A stretch of DNA of 64,000 nt from assembly GCF_006345805.1 (NCBI RefSeq), contig NC_042997.1, positions 98,642,001-98,706,000 on the forward strand. Direction: 5' to 3'. The notes beneath the pieces were generated by a model. That model was not told the origin of the DNA. It did no database searches and was given only the letters and a program-made list of their open reading frames with translations. The first letter of the stretch is position 1. The number at the start of each line of letters is the position of its first letter. The translations under genes and the position numbers were made by a program. The DNA is from Octopus sinensis (taxonomy: Eukaryota). This document shows, piece after piece, positions 41,057-54,668 of this stretch.

Positions 41057-43748
41057 GGGGTGGGTTTCATTTTTAGCCTTTTCGATTAGCGTTACTCTCA
41101 CGATAAACAACTGAAAATTGTAATGCGTGAAACATACAAATATATTAATTCCGTCGAACTTGGCGATCGTTCTGACGTTTTTAATGAGTTTTAAGGCAAG
41201 CCTAATATTTGAATATTCGAAAATAAACCACAAGCGGATCGAAATCATGCAAAGTCGGTCCTCGTTTTACTCTATGCAGAAGAAATATCAGTAGATATTT
41301 GCTTACCTTTATGCAAAGAATTCAGATTTGTTGGTAACAAGTAAAGTCTCTCAAGTTCGCATATCATTGGAAGAAATGAGTTTCTCACGTTCTGAATAAA
41401 GCTCTCGACGAGCTAAAATGTTTTATTTATTTATTTGTTCTTGATCTATAAGAGTGGACAACGTTGAGGATAACAGGAAATTACAACGAATTAGTTGAAT
41501 GCATGCGTGTGGGGAGATAGGTCAGAGATAAATTTTCTGTTACTTTCGGTAGGAACGAGTAAAGCTGATGATGGAAAGAAACTACGAACAGAGCGGGCGG
41601 GATTAGGATAGGAAGGGGGAGGTTGGTTATTAAACAGTCAAGAGGGGGTTTTGTTCGGCAGGTCAATGAAAACAGTAAAGCATTGTAAGAGCATTATCGT
41701 TAGGCAAAGAATTAAAGTATCCTGGAGAAAATTTTGCAGTATGATCCGGCCCTCTACACCATTCCAATCCCATTGAGATCAACTTTGCCATTAAGCATTT
41801 TAAGATCGATAAATAAAATTCCAGTTCAATTCTGAATTAATTATTCTCTCTCTTACACTCTTACTTACTCTTTCTCTCTTACACCCTCTTTCCTTTTTCT
41901 CTGTATTGTTCCTGTAATTCAAATGTCAGCCAGGTGAAATTAATTTTAATTTTCATTCAAATATGAATTGAACATTATTTTCTATAAACATCTAAATGTG
42001 ATTGAAAATAACAAACAATAGCGAATGAATGAATATGAGTGTTGCCAGTTTTCTTTATTGCGGTGTCAATGGTTGAGATATATTGTGTCAATAAATCAAT
42101 GCTTGACATCCTAAGTGATGCTGCTAAACTTAACTAATATAGAAAACAGCAACTAAATGTTACATCTATCATTTCCTGTTAACTAGAACGACACTGTTGT
42201 TATATTTATTATGTATACGATCACTATTACAGTCCTATTGAATTAAACAATATAACAAGTTTGATGTATGAAGAAGGGAAGATGAAATGTTTGGTCACAC
42301 AATTTATTTGAATGCCTATGTTAATGCAAAATACGTGAGCAGTAATTTAATTTTATGCTCATCATTATCGTCTTCTTTACTTTGTTCAGCTGGATTAGCA
42401 GAATAGATTGAGCATCAGACAAAATGCCCTGCGGTATTTAGTTAATAAACTTTTCGTTCTGAGTTCAAATCACATAGCATTATACTTTGTTTTTCGTCTT
42501 CCGGTGGTGAATAAAATAATTACCCTGGGGTTAATATGATCGACTATTCCATCGCTGTTACACCAAATAAATAAATAAATATAATCCTAACATTTTGTCT
42601 TCGTAAGAAACTCATATTGGTTTCAAATTTTGGCACAAGGCCAGCATTTTCAGGAGAAGAGTTAAATCGATTACATCAACCCCAGTGTTCAACTGGTACT
42701 TATTTTATCGACGCCGAAAGAATGAAAGATAAAGTCAACCTTGGCAGAATTTGAACTCAAAACATAAAGACCGACGAGCAAGAAACTAATATTATAGTCC
42801 ATAAGATGGTGGAGCGCCGACAGAATCATTAGATTTACGTTCTGGGTTCAAATTTCACCGGGGTCGACATTGCCTTTCATCCTTTTGAGGCCGATAAAAT
42901 AAGTACCAGTTGAACACTGAAGTCAATTTGATCGACTTAACCTCCAAATTACTGACAATCGCTTATCCCTCTTGCCGCCAGACTGATTCGCTTCAAAAAC
43001 AACAGAATAAAAATAAAAGACAAAATAAGTCTTACGTCGAAAACAATGGTGGTAATGCTTTTCCATACAAAAAAGAAAAAGAAATTCCCTATAACTCATT
43101 TTCAGAGGACTTAAGTGTAGAAATATCGAATTAGCTAAAAGCATTAGTAACGATAAATCGAATGCGTGATACAAAACATGATCCATACCAAAGCTATATC
43201 TACATTAAATTCTCTCTACAATATATCGCATGGTGTTAAAAAGGATTATATTTTCTTGAGACACATAATCCAAAGAAACTACAGATTTCAATATCTAGTT
43301 TGTAAGTAACAGCTTGATGAAAACAAAACACTTTTAACTTTGCATTTAGAAAATCTTTGAGCATAACTTTTACTTGAGTTCTTGCTCTAGTGTTTGATTA
43401 CCATTGTAACTCTTTCGTTAAGGATAAACAGAAACAGCCATAGTATGAGATTTCCCTTGTACCTTCACAAGAGACTCGGTTTCTGATATTCTGGTCAAAC
43501 TATCAAATAGAATGAAATAGAGTATAAGCGAACAGGCATACAAAATAATGTTGCTTAACTGTATGATTTTTGCAATATGAAATAATAAAGAAGGAACTAA
43601 AATGCGACAACCGATGTAGTTTATGTAGTTTTAATGGTTAAAAGGATAATTCCAAGTGGAGATATGCATAATTTTACCGGTGCGTGTAAGCGCACATATA
43701 CACACACACACACAAACATATACATACATACATACATACATACATACA

Positions 43749-43846
<98 letters not shown>

Positions 43847-43847
<1 letters not shown>

Positions 43848-43991
43848 TTTATTTAAAGCAGCAGAAAATTCAACGAAATCTGTTACTCTGAGTTTCTCGT
43901 TGCCGTTCATCAGACAAAAACTGTCTGATGAACGGCAACGAGAAACTCAGAGTAACAGATTTTGTTGAATTTTCTGATGCTTTAAATAAAG
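43847..43991. ncRNA. Palindromic element with a type I hammerhead ribozyme motif on each strand
   Basis: 70-bp arms with 2 mismatches around a 5-nt loop; plus strand CTGT-CTGATGA-ACG(GCAA)CGA-GAA-ACTC(A)GAGT-A/ACAG at 43921..43958; identical core on the minus strand. Confidence 0.75.
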
Positions 43992-44029
43992 CATATTACT
44001 CTACCACTGGTATTTGAGTATATATAAAT

Positions 44030-44293
44030 ATATAATAGTGTATGTAACATACACGAAGAGAAAACCACTATGTGGATTTCTTGCATGCTAAAAATGGCAG
44101 TCAAAGCCTAAAACTATGAAAGTATGATGTTCTCTTTTTTTTTATTCACTGAGATGTCTTGCTCGCGTACAAATCAACGTACTTTGATAGAAGAATAATC
44201 TTTACGTGGTTTTAGTCTTTAACTATCATTTTTAGCATGTAAAAAATCCACATTGTGGTTTTCTTTTCATATATGTCTCATACACTATTATAT
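44030..44293. repeat. Foldback/MITE with ~85-bp imperfect arms
   Basis: atataatagtgtatg..gaaaaccac.atgtggatt..catgctaaaaatg mirrored at the right end. Confidence 0.8.
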
Positions 44294-44614
44294 TTGGAAA
44301 TATTTATGTCTTCTGACATAAGCATTCTATCCACTGGTAAATAAATATTTAATAATTTTTACCCTTACATTTAAGATCTTTTCACTTTCATCGGCAGATC
44401 GAGAAATTAATTTTCTGTAACTACACACTTTCAAACTTCGGACATTGGTAGAATGTGTCATCTAAAACATCTTTTACTTTTAGCGTTGTTGAGAAAATTT
44501 TCTATTTATGAAGTTATTTCGTGTTAAAATTGTCGTATTTCGGTAATTTCAACCAATCAATGACGTGTATTCAGCAGAATAAAATTATTGATTTCAGATC
44601 CTTGCATTTATATT

Positions 44615-44706
<92 letters not shown>

Positions 44707-45219
44707 CAATATATCTGTATATTTTAGCAATACCACTGTATAATTTAGCAATACCACTGTATGAAATCGACAGAAATAAGCACCATCACTTAAATACAAT
44801 ATCTTCGTAAACAGACAACGAGGGAAAGAAGAAATTAGTTACAATCTTCTTTTGTGATTCCGCTGGCAACCGAATACTTTCAACTGTTATGAGGACATAG
44901 TTGATAACCCCACTATTATTAAGGGGTTTCCTACATGGAGCATATTCACTGCATATTCAATAGTTCACTGGCGCGTTAAAGTCATCCAAATGTAAAAGAG
45001 TGTCTCTATGGAGAGTTAAGAATGGTAGGCAATGGATAACGAAACCTCGGCATAGGATAAATTCTAGGCCAGCTCATCGACATTTTCTTAAAAATATTGA
45101 ACACAGACACAAAGCATTCACATATGCCTATTGCATACAATTTTGATAAAAATCTATAAATGTATTCTGAAATGAATATAGAATAATATTTTACACACAT
45201 ACATACATACATACATACA

Positions 45220-45250
<31 letters not shown>

Positions 45251-45859
45251 GTGCGTATGTGTGTGTATCTCTTATACACTTTATCAGATTCTGTTCTGTT
45301 TCTTCACACTTTTGTCTTTTTCTTTGATATCATTCATTATCTTCATGTTATTTTCTCTCTTGTTATGAATTCTTCCTCAGGAAAACATTTATCTTTTAAG
45401 ATATCAATTCCAATTTACCTTAGCATATTTATTTCATTGAATATCTCCGATAAATTCTATTTTCAATTTTTTGATGTTTATTATATTTCTTATAATGTTC
45501 TACATCACTCGCTTGTTCGCATTATTTTTCGCTCTTTCAATCACAAAAGTAGCTGAATACATGTTTGTCTCTCCCACTTTATCTCTCTATCTGGATTGGA
45601 CATTTTCATTCAATATAAATGAGCATATATCTAATATAACTGCAGTTATCTACTTCTACCCGAGTCTCGTTCACCGTTTTCCTTTCGTTCGTTCAATAAC
45701 TTTCTCAACGTTTCATTCTATTTCATTATCTATTATACTAACTTACCTCTAGTATTATTTAACTCGCAAATGAATGTCTCAGACTAGTCAACCTCTAAGC
45801 GTTTGCGTATATCATATAATACACAAATATACACGCAGACATACATACATGAATGAATA

Positions 45860-46035
45860 TTTTTTTGATGAAATATAGTTCTGCATGAAAAGACATTAGT
45901 ATAATATTTGCAAATTAACAATTTAAAAAAATAAATAAATACATAGTAAATATATATATATATATATACATAACTACGTAAAGCTAGAACATCCTAATGC
46001 TACACACTCACGCGTACACACGCACGCACACGCGC

Positions 46036-46113
<78 letters not shown>

Positions 46114-46727
46114 GTTTGCAGAGATGATCCACATTTGGAATTAAAAGGGAAATTCTCAACTTTACCTTCAAACATTCAATTTTGGAGAGAATCCTTGATG
46201 AAGTGTGTGTGTGTGTGTATGTCTGTGTGCGTATGAGTTTGTGTTTGTATGTGTGTGTATTTGGCAACATGTACATGTTTATAGTGTATAACATCGATCA
46301 CGCCTCTTTCAGTTTCATGTTTTGCATTAAAAAACATTAGTATAACACTTACAAAATAGAGAAACACAACTGCAACGAAAATTACATTGGCGAAACAAAT
46401 AATTCCCTCTGCCAACGTGCAAGAATTCACATGCAACATATCCGACAAGAGGAATTACGCAAGATTCCATTTTGTAAGCATCTGGAAATATGCAGCGAAG
46501 GAAATTTCAAAACTTTTCCCCTTTACAAATGTGCACGAACGACCGCAATATCGAAAAGCAATGGAACTACATTTCATCAAAAAATTCTCTCGAAAATTGA
46601 ATATTTGAAGGTAAATTTGAGAATTTGCATTTTTTATTCGAAATGTGGCTCATCTCTACAAATGTTCAGATACATGTTATATATATATATATATATTTAT
46701 AGTTATATATATATATGTATATATGTG

Positions 46728-46807
<80 letters not shown>

Positions 46808-46960
46808 CATATGTAGCACTGGGATGTTCTAGCTTTATGTATCTATGTATATATATATATATATTTTTTAATTGTCAATTTGCAAATATTATACTAATGT
46901 TTTTTCGTGCAGAACTACATTTCATCAAAAGTTCTCTCCAAAATTGAATGTTTGGAACAA
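45860..46960 (+). mobile_element. Penelope-like 3' end: GIY-YIG C-terminus, direct terminal repeats and an upstream inverted copy
   Basis: [41 protein letters not shown] and [13 protein letters not shown]; 45860..46203 is an inverted copy of ~46568..46930; ~46560..46610 repeats directly at ~46905..46955. Confidence 0.82.
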
Positions 46961-48139
46961 AAGGGAAGTACATTTAGTATTCTAAATATAACTTAAAGAG
47001 GAGAAAGAGAAAGGGAAGGGGAAGAGAGAAAGAAAGCAAAAAGACCCCAATGATGACCAAACCACACCTGTGTTTATCTTTTTGATGTGGTCACAATCCT
47101 TAAACCCATTCTAATACAAAGGTAAATGACTAAATAAATAAATATATGGTGAATATGAAGCGGGATGCCCCTTCTTTCTCTCTCCCTCTAAATATCTGTC
47201 TATCTGTCTGATTATCTAAGTATCTATCTATCATCCTATCTACGTACCAATATTTCTGTTTGTCCTCCTCCATTGTCTTGGAACCTCACATAAAAAAGCA
47301 ATGTTCTTTTCTAAAATGTTCCAAAAAATGTTCCAAAAAAATATCTGTTTTATATAAATGATCAAGCTTCACAAAATTGTATTTGACAAGTTCGAGAAAA
47401 GAACGAAAGCGCTATAATAATATAGAAAAAAATTTACAAAATTTTGACGACTACCCAACCTTCTTATAGTCACTTTATATTATTTCAAAATAATCTTGGC
47501 AAGTTTTATGACCATACGCACTATGTTCTATCAACTCTCTCCTGCCCTTTCCTAAAATACACAATCCTCTAGTCTTAGATATGGTAATTGATAAACAAGG
47601 CTAATAGATTAAAAGTGAACCAAAATCCTCCATTGCATTTTTCTTCCATTTTTTTAAATATTTATACCCCCAAAATTTTTTCTTGTTGTCTAGTAAATTC
47701 TAAGCTGAAGTGGCGGCAACATGGACTTTGTCTTCCTTCTTATTCTATTAGAGTTTTTAAATAAAATTATATTAATGTGTCCGAGTGATTAAAAAATTTT
47801 ATTTGTTAACTTATGCAGCAGAGGATAGCCCTGCATTTAAAATGATATAATGTTTGCATTGTTCAATTAAATGAAGCAGCTTGAAACGGTCGTACTGCAT
47901 CACTTCTGGATATCCTGTTTCTTATTTTGCTTTTATTCATTTTATTTTGAGTTGTACGGACACCACCGCACTAATTTTTGGTGCTTCAACTTAAATACCT
48001 AATTCAACTGAATCTCAATTATTTTGCTATATATATGTATATATGTATGTATGTATGTGGGTGTATGTATGGGTATGTATATATATGTATGTGTATGTAT
48101 ATATATATATATGTGTGTGTGTGTGTTTATGTGTTTCTA

Positions 48140-49030
48140 ACTGTCTAAATGTAACTGCCCGAAATGATAGCAGCATCTTGTTACTTGACTGAAGAAAGAA
48201 GGCCACGAATAACCCGCCCTTTTTTCCCTGTCCTTCTAATTGTTGTTTTTCCTCTTCGCCTTTGCATCATCCACCTGACCGAATGTATTATTGTCCTCTA
48301 TTGCATTTTCTTCCATTTTTATAGTTATATATACATATAGCGGCGTACGTACACACCTGTGCTCAAATTATATGATAGTAAGTATGTATATAAATTTTGT
48401 ACGACTCTTTTCTCGTTCCCTCTCTCTATCTCATTTTTGGCCTCTCTTAACTCCATTTTCCTCCTTTATCTCTCCTGTACCTTTCCATGTGTCTCTAATA
48501 TTTTTCTAATCTTTCAATCCCGCTACCCCTACCCCTCTCCCCTCCTTCCACGTGACTGGTGTCCAGCCAGCCATGACCTTTCTTTCTTGGTCTGACTGCC
48601 GACCACCAACAGCACTTATGTCCATATTCTATGTTCCAATTTAATTAGTTCTCAGTCGAAAGATACATGTTGTTATATTCTTGTTGTTTGTATTTGTAAT
48701 TGTGTACCATGTTCTGTATTTTTGTCCAAGTTGCCGTATACATTCGCTTGCTTTCTTACAAAAAAATCCAATGATCTTAGCTTAGACTTTTTTGGAGGCA
48801 ACCAGATCGAATTGTCTCAAGTGTAACTACCCGAAATGGTAACAACATCTGATAACTTGACTGAAGAAAGAAGGCCACGAATTACTCGTCCTTTCTGTCC
48901 CCGTCCTTCTAATTGTTTTTATTTACCTGTCTACCTTTGTATTGTCTACCGAATGTTTTATTCCTCTATTGCATTTCTTCTATGTTAAAATTTATATATA
49001 TACATATAGCGGCGTACGTACACATTGGGC
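48140..49030 (+). repeat. Diverged direct repeat of ~230 bp
   Basis: tgtaact.cccgaaatg..cttgactgaagaaagaaggccacgaat..catatagcggcgtacgtacac near 48140..48360 and 48810..49023. Confidence 0.75.
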
Positions 49031-49049
49031 CACCTCATCCTATAATATT

Positions 49050-49096
<47 letters not shown>

Positions 49097-49780
49097 TAAG
49101 CAAATGGGGAGTATTGGATGAATTCTGTCTTTTCTCTTTGTCTTTCTAGTTTCCGTTCGAATCTTCTTTATTATTTTCTAATGACCGCACTGTTTTTAAA
49201 ATTTATATATAATGTATAAAAAGAGTCTGAAACATTTTTTTAGATACATGCCGTATTTTATAGTTGTGTCATTTTCAAGTATCATATAGCATGAAACTCT
49301 TTGTACTCTTTTGTGTTGCATTTAATATATATATATATATATATATACTATATATATATATTATATATATTATATTATATAGTATTATATATATATACAT
49401 GTATATGCTAAGCAGACATATGTGCGTATATATACAAATATATCTATATATATAATATATATATATATATATAATCTATATATATATAAGCAAACAGGGA
49501 GAATTTGGATCGTAATTCTTCATTCTTTTCCCTTTTGTCTTTCTAGTTTCCGCACCAATCTTCTTTATTACAGAAACGTTAGCACGCCGGGCGAAATGCG
49601 TAGCTGTATTTCGTTTGCCTTTGCGTTCTGGGTTCAAATTCCGCCGAGGTCCACTTTGCCTTTCATCCTTTCGGGGTCGGTAAATTAAGTGCCAGTTATG
49701 CACTGGGGTCGATGTAATCGACTTAACCCGTTTGTCTGTCCTCTCTGTGTTTAGCCCCTTGTGGGTAGTAAAGAAATATA

Positions 49781-49856
<76 letters not shown>

Positions 49857-50634
49857 CATGATTAAATGCCTATAGATATACACATGCACATCACCAGTCA
49901 CCGAAACATATATGTGTGTATTTGAGCCTATCTGTATAACGTCCAAAGTTTAATTTGTCGTTCAATTCGTTTGGCGCATATTCGACTTACCTCGCTTTTT
50001 ATACTTATCTGTAATTATCTGCAATTAACCAATCATGATCATTCTGCTAATCACTTTATCTTTGCACCATAAGTTTGTGCATCTTCCTCTTCTTTAAATT
50101 CCATTCTGGAACAAAAGTAGAATCTTATTCTCTAACGTCTTTCTCTACAATATTCTGAATACTCCATTAGATGACTGAGAAACAACTTTGTATTCTTCTT
50201 TTCTGCCATATCCCATTAACTGCTTGTTAGTTCTATCTCATTTATTGACTCTCTGGTGCTCTCTAATTGTTACTTTGATATAAATTTGCCTTGTGCTAAA
50301 ATTGTATTTTATTCTTTTTCTCTCTTCTTTTTCCATTCTTTCTACTCCCCCTTATTATTTTTATACTCCTTTCAAGTATTAACCTATTTCTTGGGTAATG
50401 TTTCTAGCCTGACCTTGGCGGCTGGGGACTAAATAATGCTTCTCATTAGAACAGCAACAGAAGAGAGAGAAGGCTTTCCGATTCGAGGCTTTGAGTGGGT
50501 CTAATTCGTCTGACTGTGAAGCTTCAATTATTTAATAATATGTGACTGAGTATATGTGACTGAGTATATATGTGACTGAGTATATATATATAATATATAT
50601 GTGACTGAGAATATATATAAATATATTTATATAC

Positions 50635-50712
<78 letters not shown>

Positions 50713-50846
50713 TTCATTTTTTTTTCATTTCATCTAGTTTCAGCTCACGAGCTGTGGCCATGCTGGGGCACCGCCATTCGGTGTTGCTACGTGATTTTAC
50801 TTCACGAATGCTTTTTTTCTTTACATATATATATATGCAGTAAAAT

Positions 50847-51356
50847 CTCAGTAAGTAAAAACTTAACAAGTAACATTTCAGCAAGTGCCATGACTAAGCA
50901 AGAACTGACATTCACACACGTACAGAAACACACACACACATCTATACACATACACACTCGCACATATTTACACAAACACACACACGCATATGTACACACA
51001 AATATACACACGCACATATACATACACACACATACACACACATATACACACGCATATATATACACACATATATATATATATATATGCATACATACATATA
51101 TGTATGTATGTGTGTATGTGTGTATATATATATATATGCGTGTGTGTGTATATGTGTGTGTATGTGTGTGTATGTATATATGCGTGTGTATATTTGTGTG
51201 TGCATATGCGTGTGTGTGTGTGTGTGTAAATATGTGCGAGTGTGTATGTGTATAGATGTGCGTGTGTGTGTGTGTTTCTGTACGTGTGTGAATGTCAGTG
51301 CTTGCTAAGTCATGGCACTTGCTGAAATGTTAATTGTTAAGTTTTTACTTGCTGAG
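50847..51356. repeat. ~510-bp near-perfect palindrome
   Basis: ctcagtaagtaaaaacttaacaa..gcaagtgccatgactaagcaag.actgacattcacacacgtacagaaac mirrored at 51270..51356; CA/TG low-complexity interior also mirrored; centre 51098/51099. Confidence 0.92.
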
Positions 51357-52752
51357 TTGTAATATACCCCCACCCCGCACAATCCACCCAAATGGAATCT
51401 ATTCAGTTTCATTTTACCACTTCGACTAACAAGGTATGTGTCGACCCTTAGTTATAGAAAATTAATTGTTAGCTTTGTCGTATGCATTACTCTATATACA
51501 TACAGCATTTGCATATCATAAATGACGGGAAGGGTTCTGAACGTTTATTAGAAATGTGTCTGAACATGTTCCTCAGCTAAACAAAAAGTGGACTGATTAA
51601 AAAGTAGCCACTACCATGCAGGCGTAAGTCACCACACAGACGCCTTTTTCATTTTGTTTGAGACTTCAGTGGCCTAAATCTATTTAGGTAATAGAAGGAA
51701 GAATTAAATAGAAAATAATGACAGAAAGTCTAAGAGAACAAAAAATAAAACAGAGAAAGTAGTTTAGATAAATGGAAAAAAGGAAATGAGTGCAGTAAGT
51801 ATAAGTGTACGGGATCTTTACCCTTTGAAATGCAAATCGAGAAATTAATTTTTTGTAAATAAACACTTTCAAATTTTGGACACTGGTAGAATGCGTCATA
51901 TAAAACATCTTTTACTCTTAATGTTGTTGAGAAAAGTTTATATTCTCAAAGTTATTTCGTGTTAAAGTTGTCGTATTTCGATAATTTCAACCATTCAATG
52001 ACGTGTATTCAGCTGAATAAATTTACTGCCGTTGTTTGTCAGCAACAACTATCGGCGGTGTATATTTCGTTTGTCACTGTTATTTATGACATCGTTCGTT
52101 AGGGTTAGGGTTTTTGGGTTAGGGTTTTAGAGTGAGGGCAAATCAGAGTTATTGGAGTCGCTCGTCTTTGTCTGTCTGTGTGTTTGCAAAATTACTGGAA
52201 AACGGCAGAATGGATTTTCTCCAAATTTGACAAAAATACGCATTTGATGATTGGCGCGAAGTCATTAAATTTTGGTCTGATTATCTTCAAAATTGGCCGA
52301 CGGGTGAATCAAAATTATCATTTTTTTTTGCATATGTTAACGATAAGCAGGACAAATAACTCTTTAATGTCATTTTGTTAAACTATGAATTCATCTGAGA
52401 ATATATCTATTACATTAAATTTTATTGTATCCTTGTGTACACGCAGGGTATGCATCGCCCCTCCGATGCCTTATTTTTCATTGATTATTGTAATAACGTG
52501 AAAAGAATTGAGCAAGTATAAAAATCTTTTTACTTGATGTGAAGCGATAATCTTCATTAGAATTTCAGCCGTAATCAATCGGTTTTTAAAACATACATCC
52601 TCATGTATAGAATCAGAAAATGTGTCACTGATTCTATGTAACAAATAGATTCTTTTACGCGGGGGCACGTACGCTTGTGTGTGTGTGTGCGCGTGCGTGA
52701 TGAAGAGAGACAGACAGAATGAACAAGTAAAACATGTGGTATCACTTTAGAA

Positions 52753-54668
52753 CAGGGTCACCAAACTACGGCCTGTAAGCCGGATCCGACCTGCGAGGTC
52801 AGTTCATCCGGCCTGACGCTGCACTATACCTTTTGTGTAAGTACCTACTATGAAAGTTCATTCTTGCAGCGATCGTGCTTTAACTTGCATTGCCGTGTTT
52901 AAACATTCTGTTCGTGAGAATGTTTGCTGAAAATGAATGTCACTTGTACAAGTTACAAAATAACGCATACGAAGGCAGAGCGAGGAAAACCGTTTACTAA
53001 CCGCAACTTCATAAAAGAGTGCATGATGGAAGCAACAAATGACTTGTGTCCTGAGAAAGCCTGTTTGCTTGGAAATGATCATCCTTTCAACAAGTTTGGT
53101 TGTGGGGAGAAGAGAAGAACTTGGAGAGAGCATAGTGCTACAGATATGCGAGAAAGTTAGGAATTTCGTGTGGTATTCTCTGGCGCTGGATGAGTCTATT
53201 GATCTTTCGAATACGTTAAAACCCTAACCCTAACCCTATCCTTCAGTAGAATCAGCTTCGATGAGTACACTGATCTTTCGAGTACGTCACGACTTCTCCT
53301 TTTCATTTATGGTGTTGATTTGAACTTTCAGATCACAGATGTGTTGGCATGTGTGTGCAGCTTAAACAGAACAACAATTGGAAAAACTTTCCAAGGCTAT
53401 AACCTTCAGTGGAATCAGCTTCGATGAGTTACAGTTGATGGAGAAATAACATGGTTGGAGTGAGGAAGGATGTGGTGGGGCAGATCAGGACTAAGTTGGA
53501 AGATCTTTTATACACTGCATTATACTTCAGCAAGCACTCTGTGGGGAAGACAGTTATTTATTGTATACTGAAAGCACTCGTTCCTATGATGAACTTTATT
53601 CACGGTCATGTGCTTAATCACGACCGATTCCAAGCTTTTCTTCAAGACATTGATTCTGAATTTTGTGACTTGCCTTATTACACAGCAGTGAGGTAACTCA
53701 GTTGCGATTAAGTCCTCTTTCATTTTCATAAGCTCCGAAGAGAAATAGATATTTTTCGCACAGAAAAGGATAGAGTTGGTCCACTTCTGTCAGCTCTTAC
53801 TCGGCTGCCAAAGCTGGCATTTTTGGTTGACATCACATTCCACATTAACTGAACACATGAATGAATTAAATTTTCAGGGAAAGGATAACCTCATCTGTCA
53901 TCTCTACAGAAGCTTCAAAGGATTTCGGAGAAAGCTATCATTGTCTGAAGTACAACTGGAAGGAGAAAAATTCTCTCACTTTCAGCGTTTAAAAGAGCTT
54001 CGCTCTGGGATTACAGATGTCAACATTGAGCCGCCGAAAATGATTCTTCGTTATTTAAATAAGCATTTTTGGGAGAGATTTTCAGAATTCGACAGAACTG
54101 AGAGTGACATTTTTCTGTTCCAGAATCCGTATGACTGTAAACGTGATAATGTGTCAATCGAACTGCAGGTGTTGTTCACTGATTTGCAAGGAAATGACTT
54201 GCTGAAAGAGAGGCACAGAGAAGGAAAACTTGTTGAATTATATCGCTGTTTGATTGAGGATGAGTTTTCAAATTTGAAGAAATTTGCCTCTGGCATGGCA
54301 TCAGTGTTTGGAACAACTTATGCCTGAGAAGTTAGCACATCGAACGTGGTTGACTGATGAAAATTTGAAAGGAATTCTTTTGGTTGGATGCAGCCATTCC
54401 AAAGCAAATATTGATGTCTTAAAATCTAAACAACAGTTTCACAAATCTCACTAACCTTAGTTTGTAAGATTCGGATAGGTGCGCAGTGGGTGTGATATAA
54501 CTATCTTATTGTTAACGTCATCTTAGATAACTTTTTGGTAAATAAATATGTTGGGAGTCTTTATTTTTTGTGTATCCATTGTATTGTATTATACAAAATG
54601 GTTATGCAGCCCGCGCTTGTCATTCTCTCAGTTATCTGGCCCACGGGGAAAATGTTTGGTGACCCCTG
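52753..54668 (+). mobile_element. hAT transposon (Charlie/SPIN/GTF2IRD2-like transposase) with both TIRs; disrupted
   Basis: TIRs cagggtcaccaaac / gtttggtgacccctg; 8-bp TSD ctttagaa/ctttagag; GKPFTNRNFIKECM, YSLALDES.D, VTVDG, DSEFCDLPYYTAVR, SVFGTTY. Confidence 0.92.

Noticed and set aside
54355-54372. CTGATGAAAATTTGAAA hammerhead-like string
   Set aside because: It is hAT transposase coding sequence (LTDENLK) with no proper stems; similar chance CTGATGA hits near 21610, 35790 and 41566 also fail to fold
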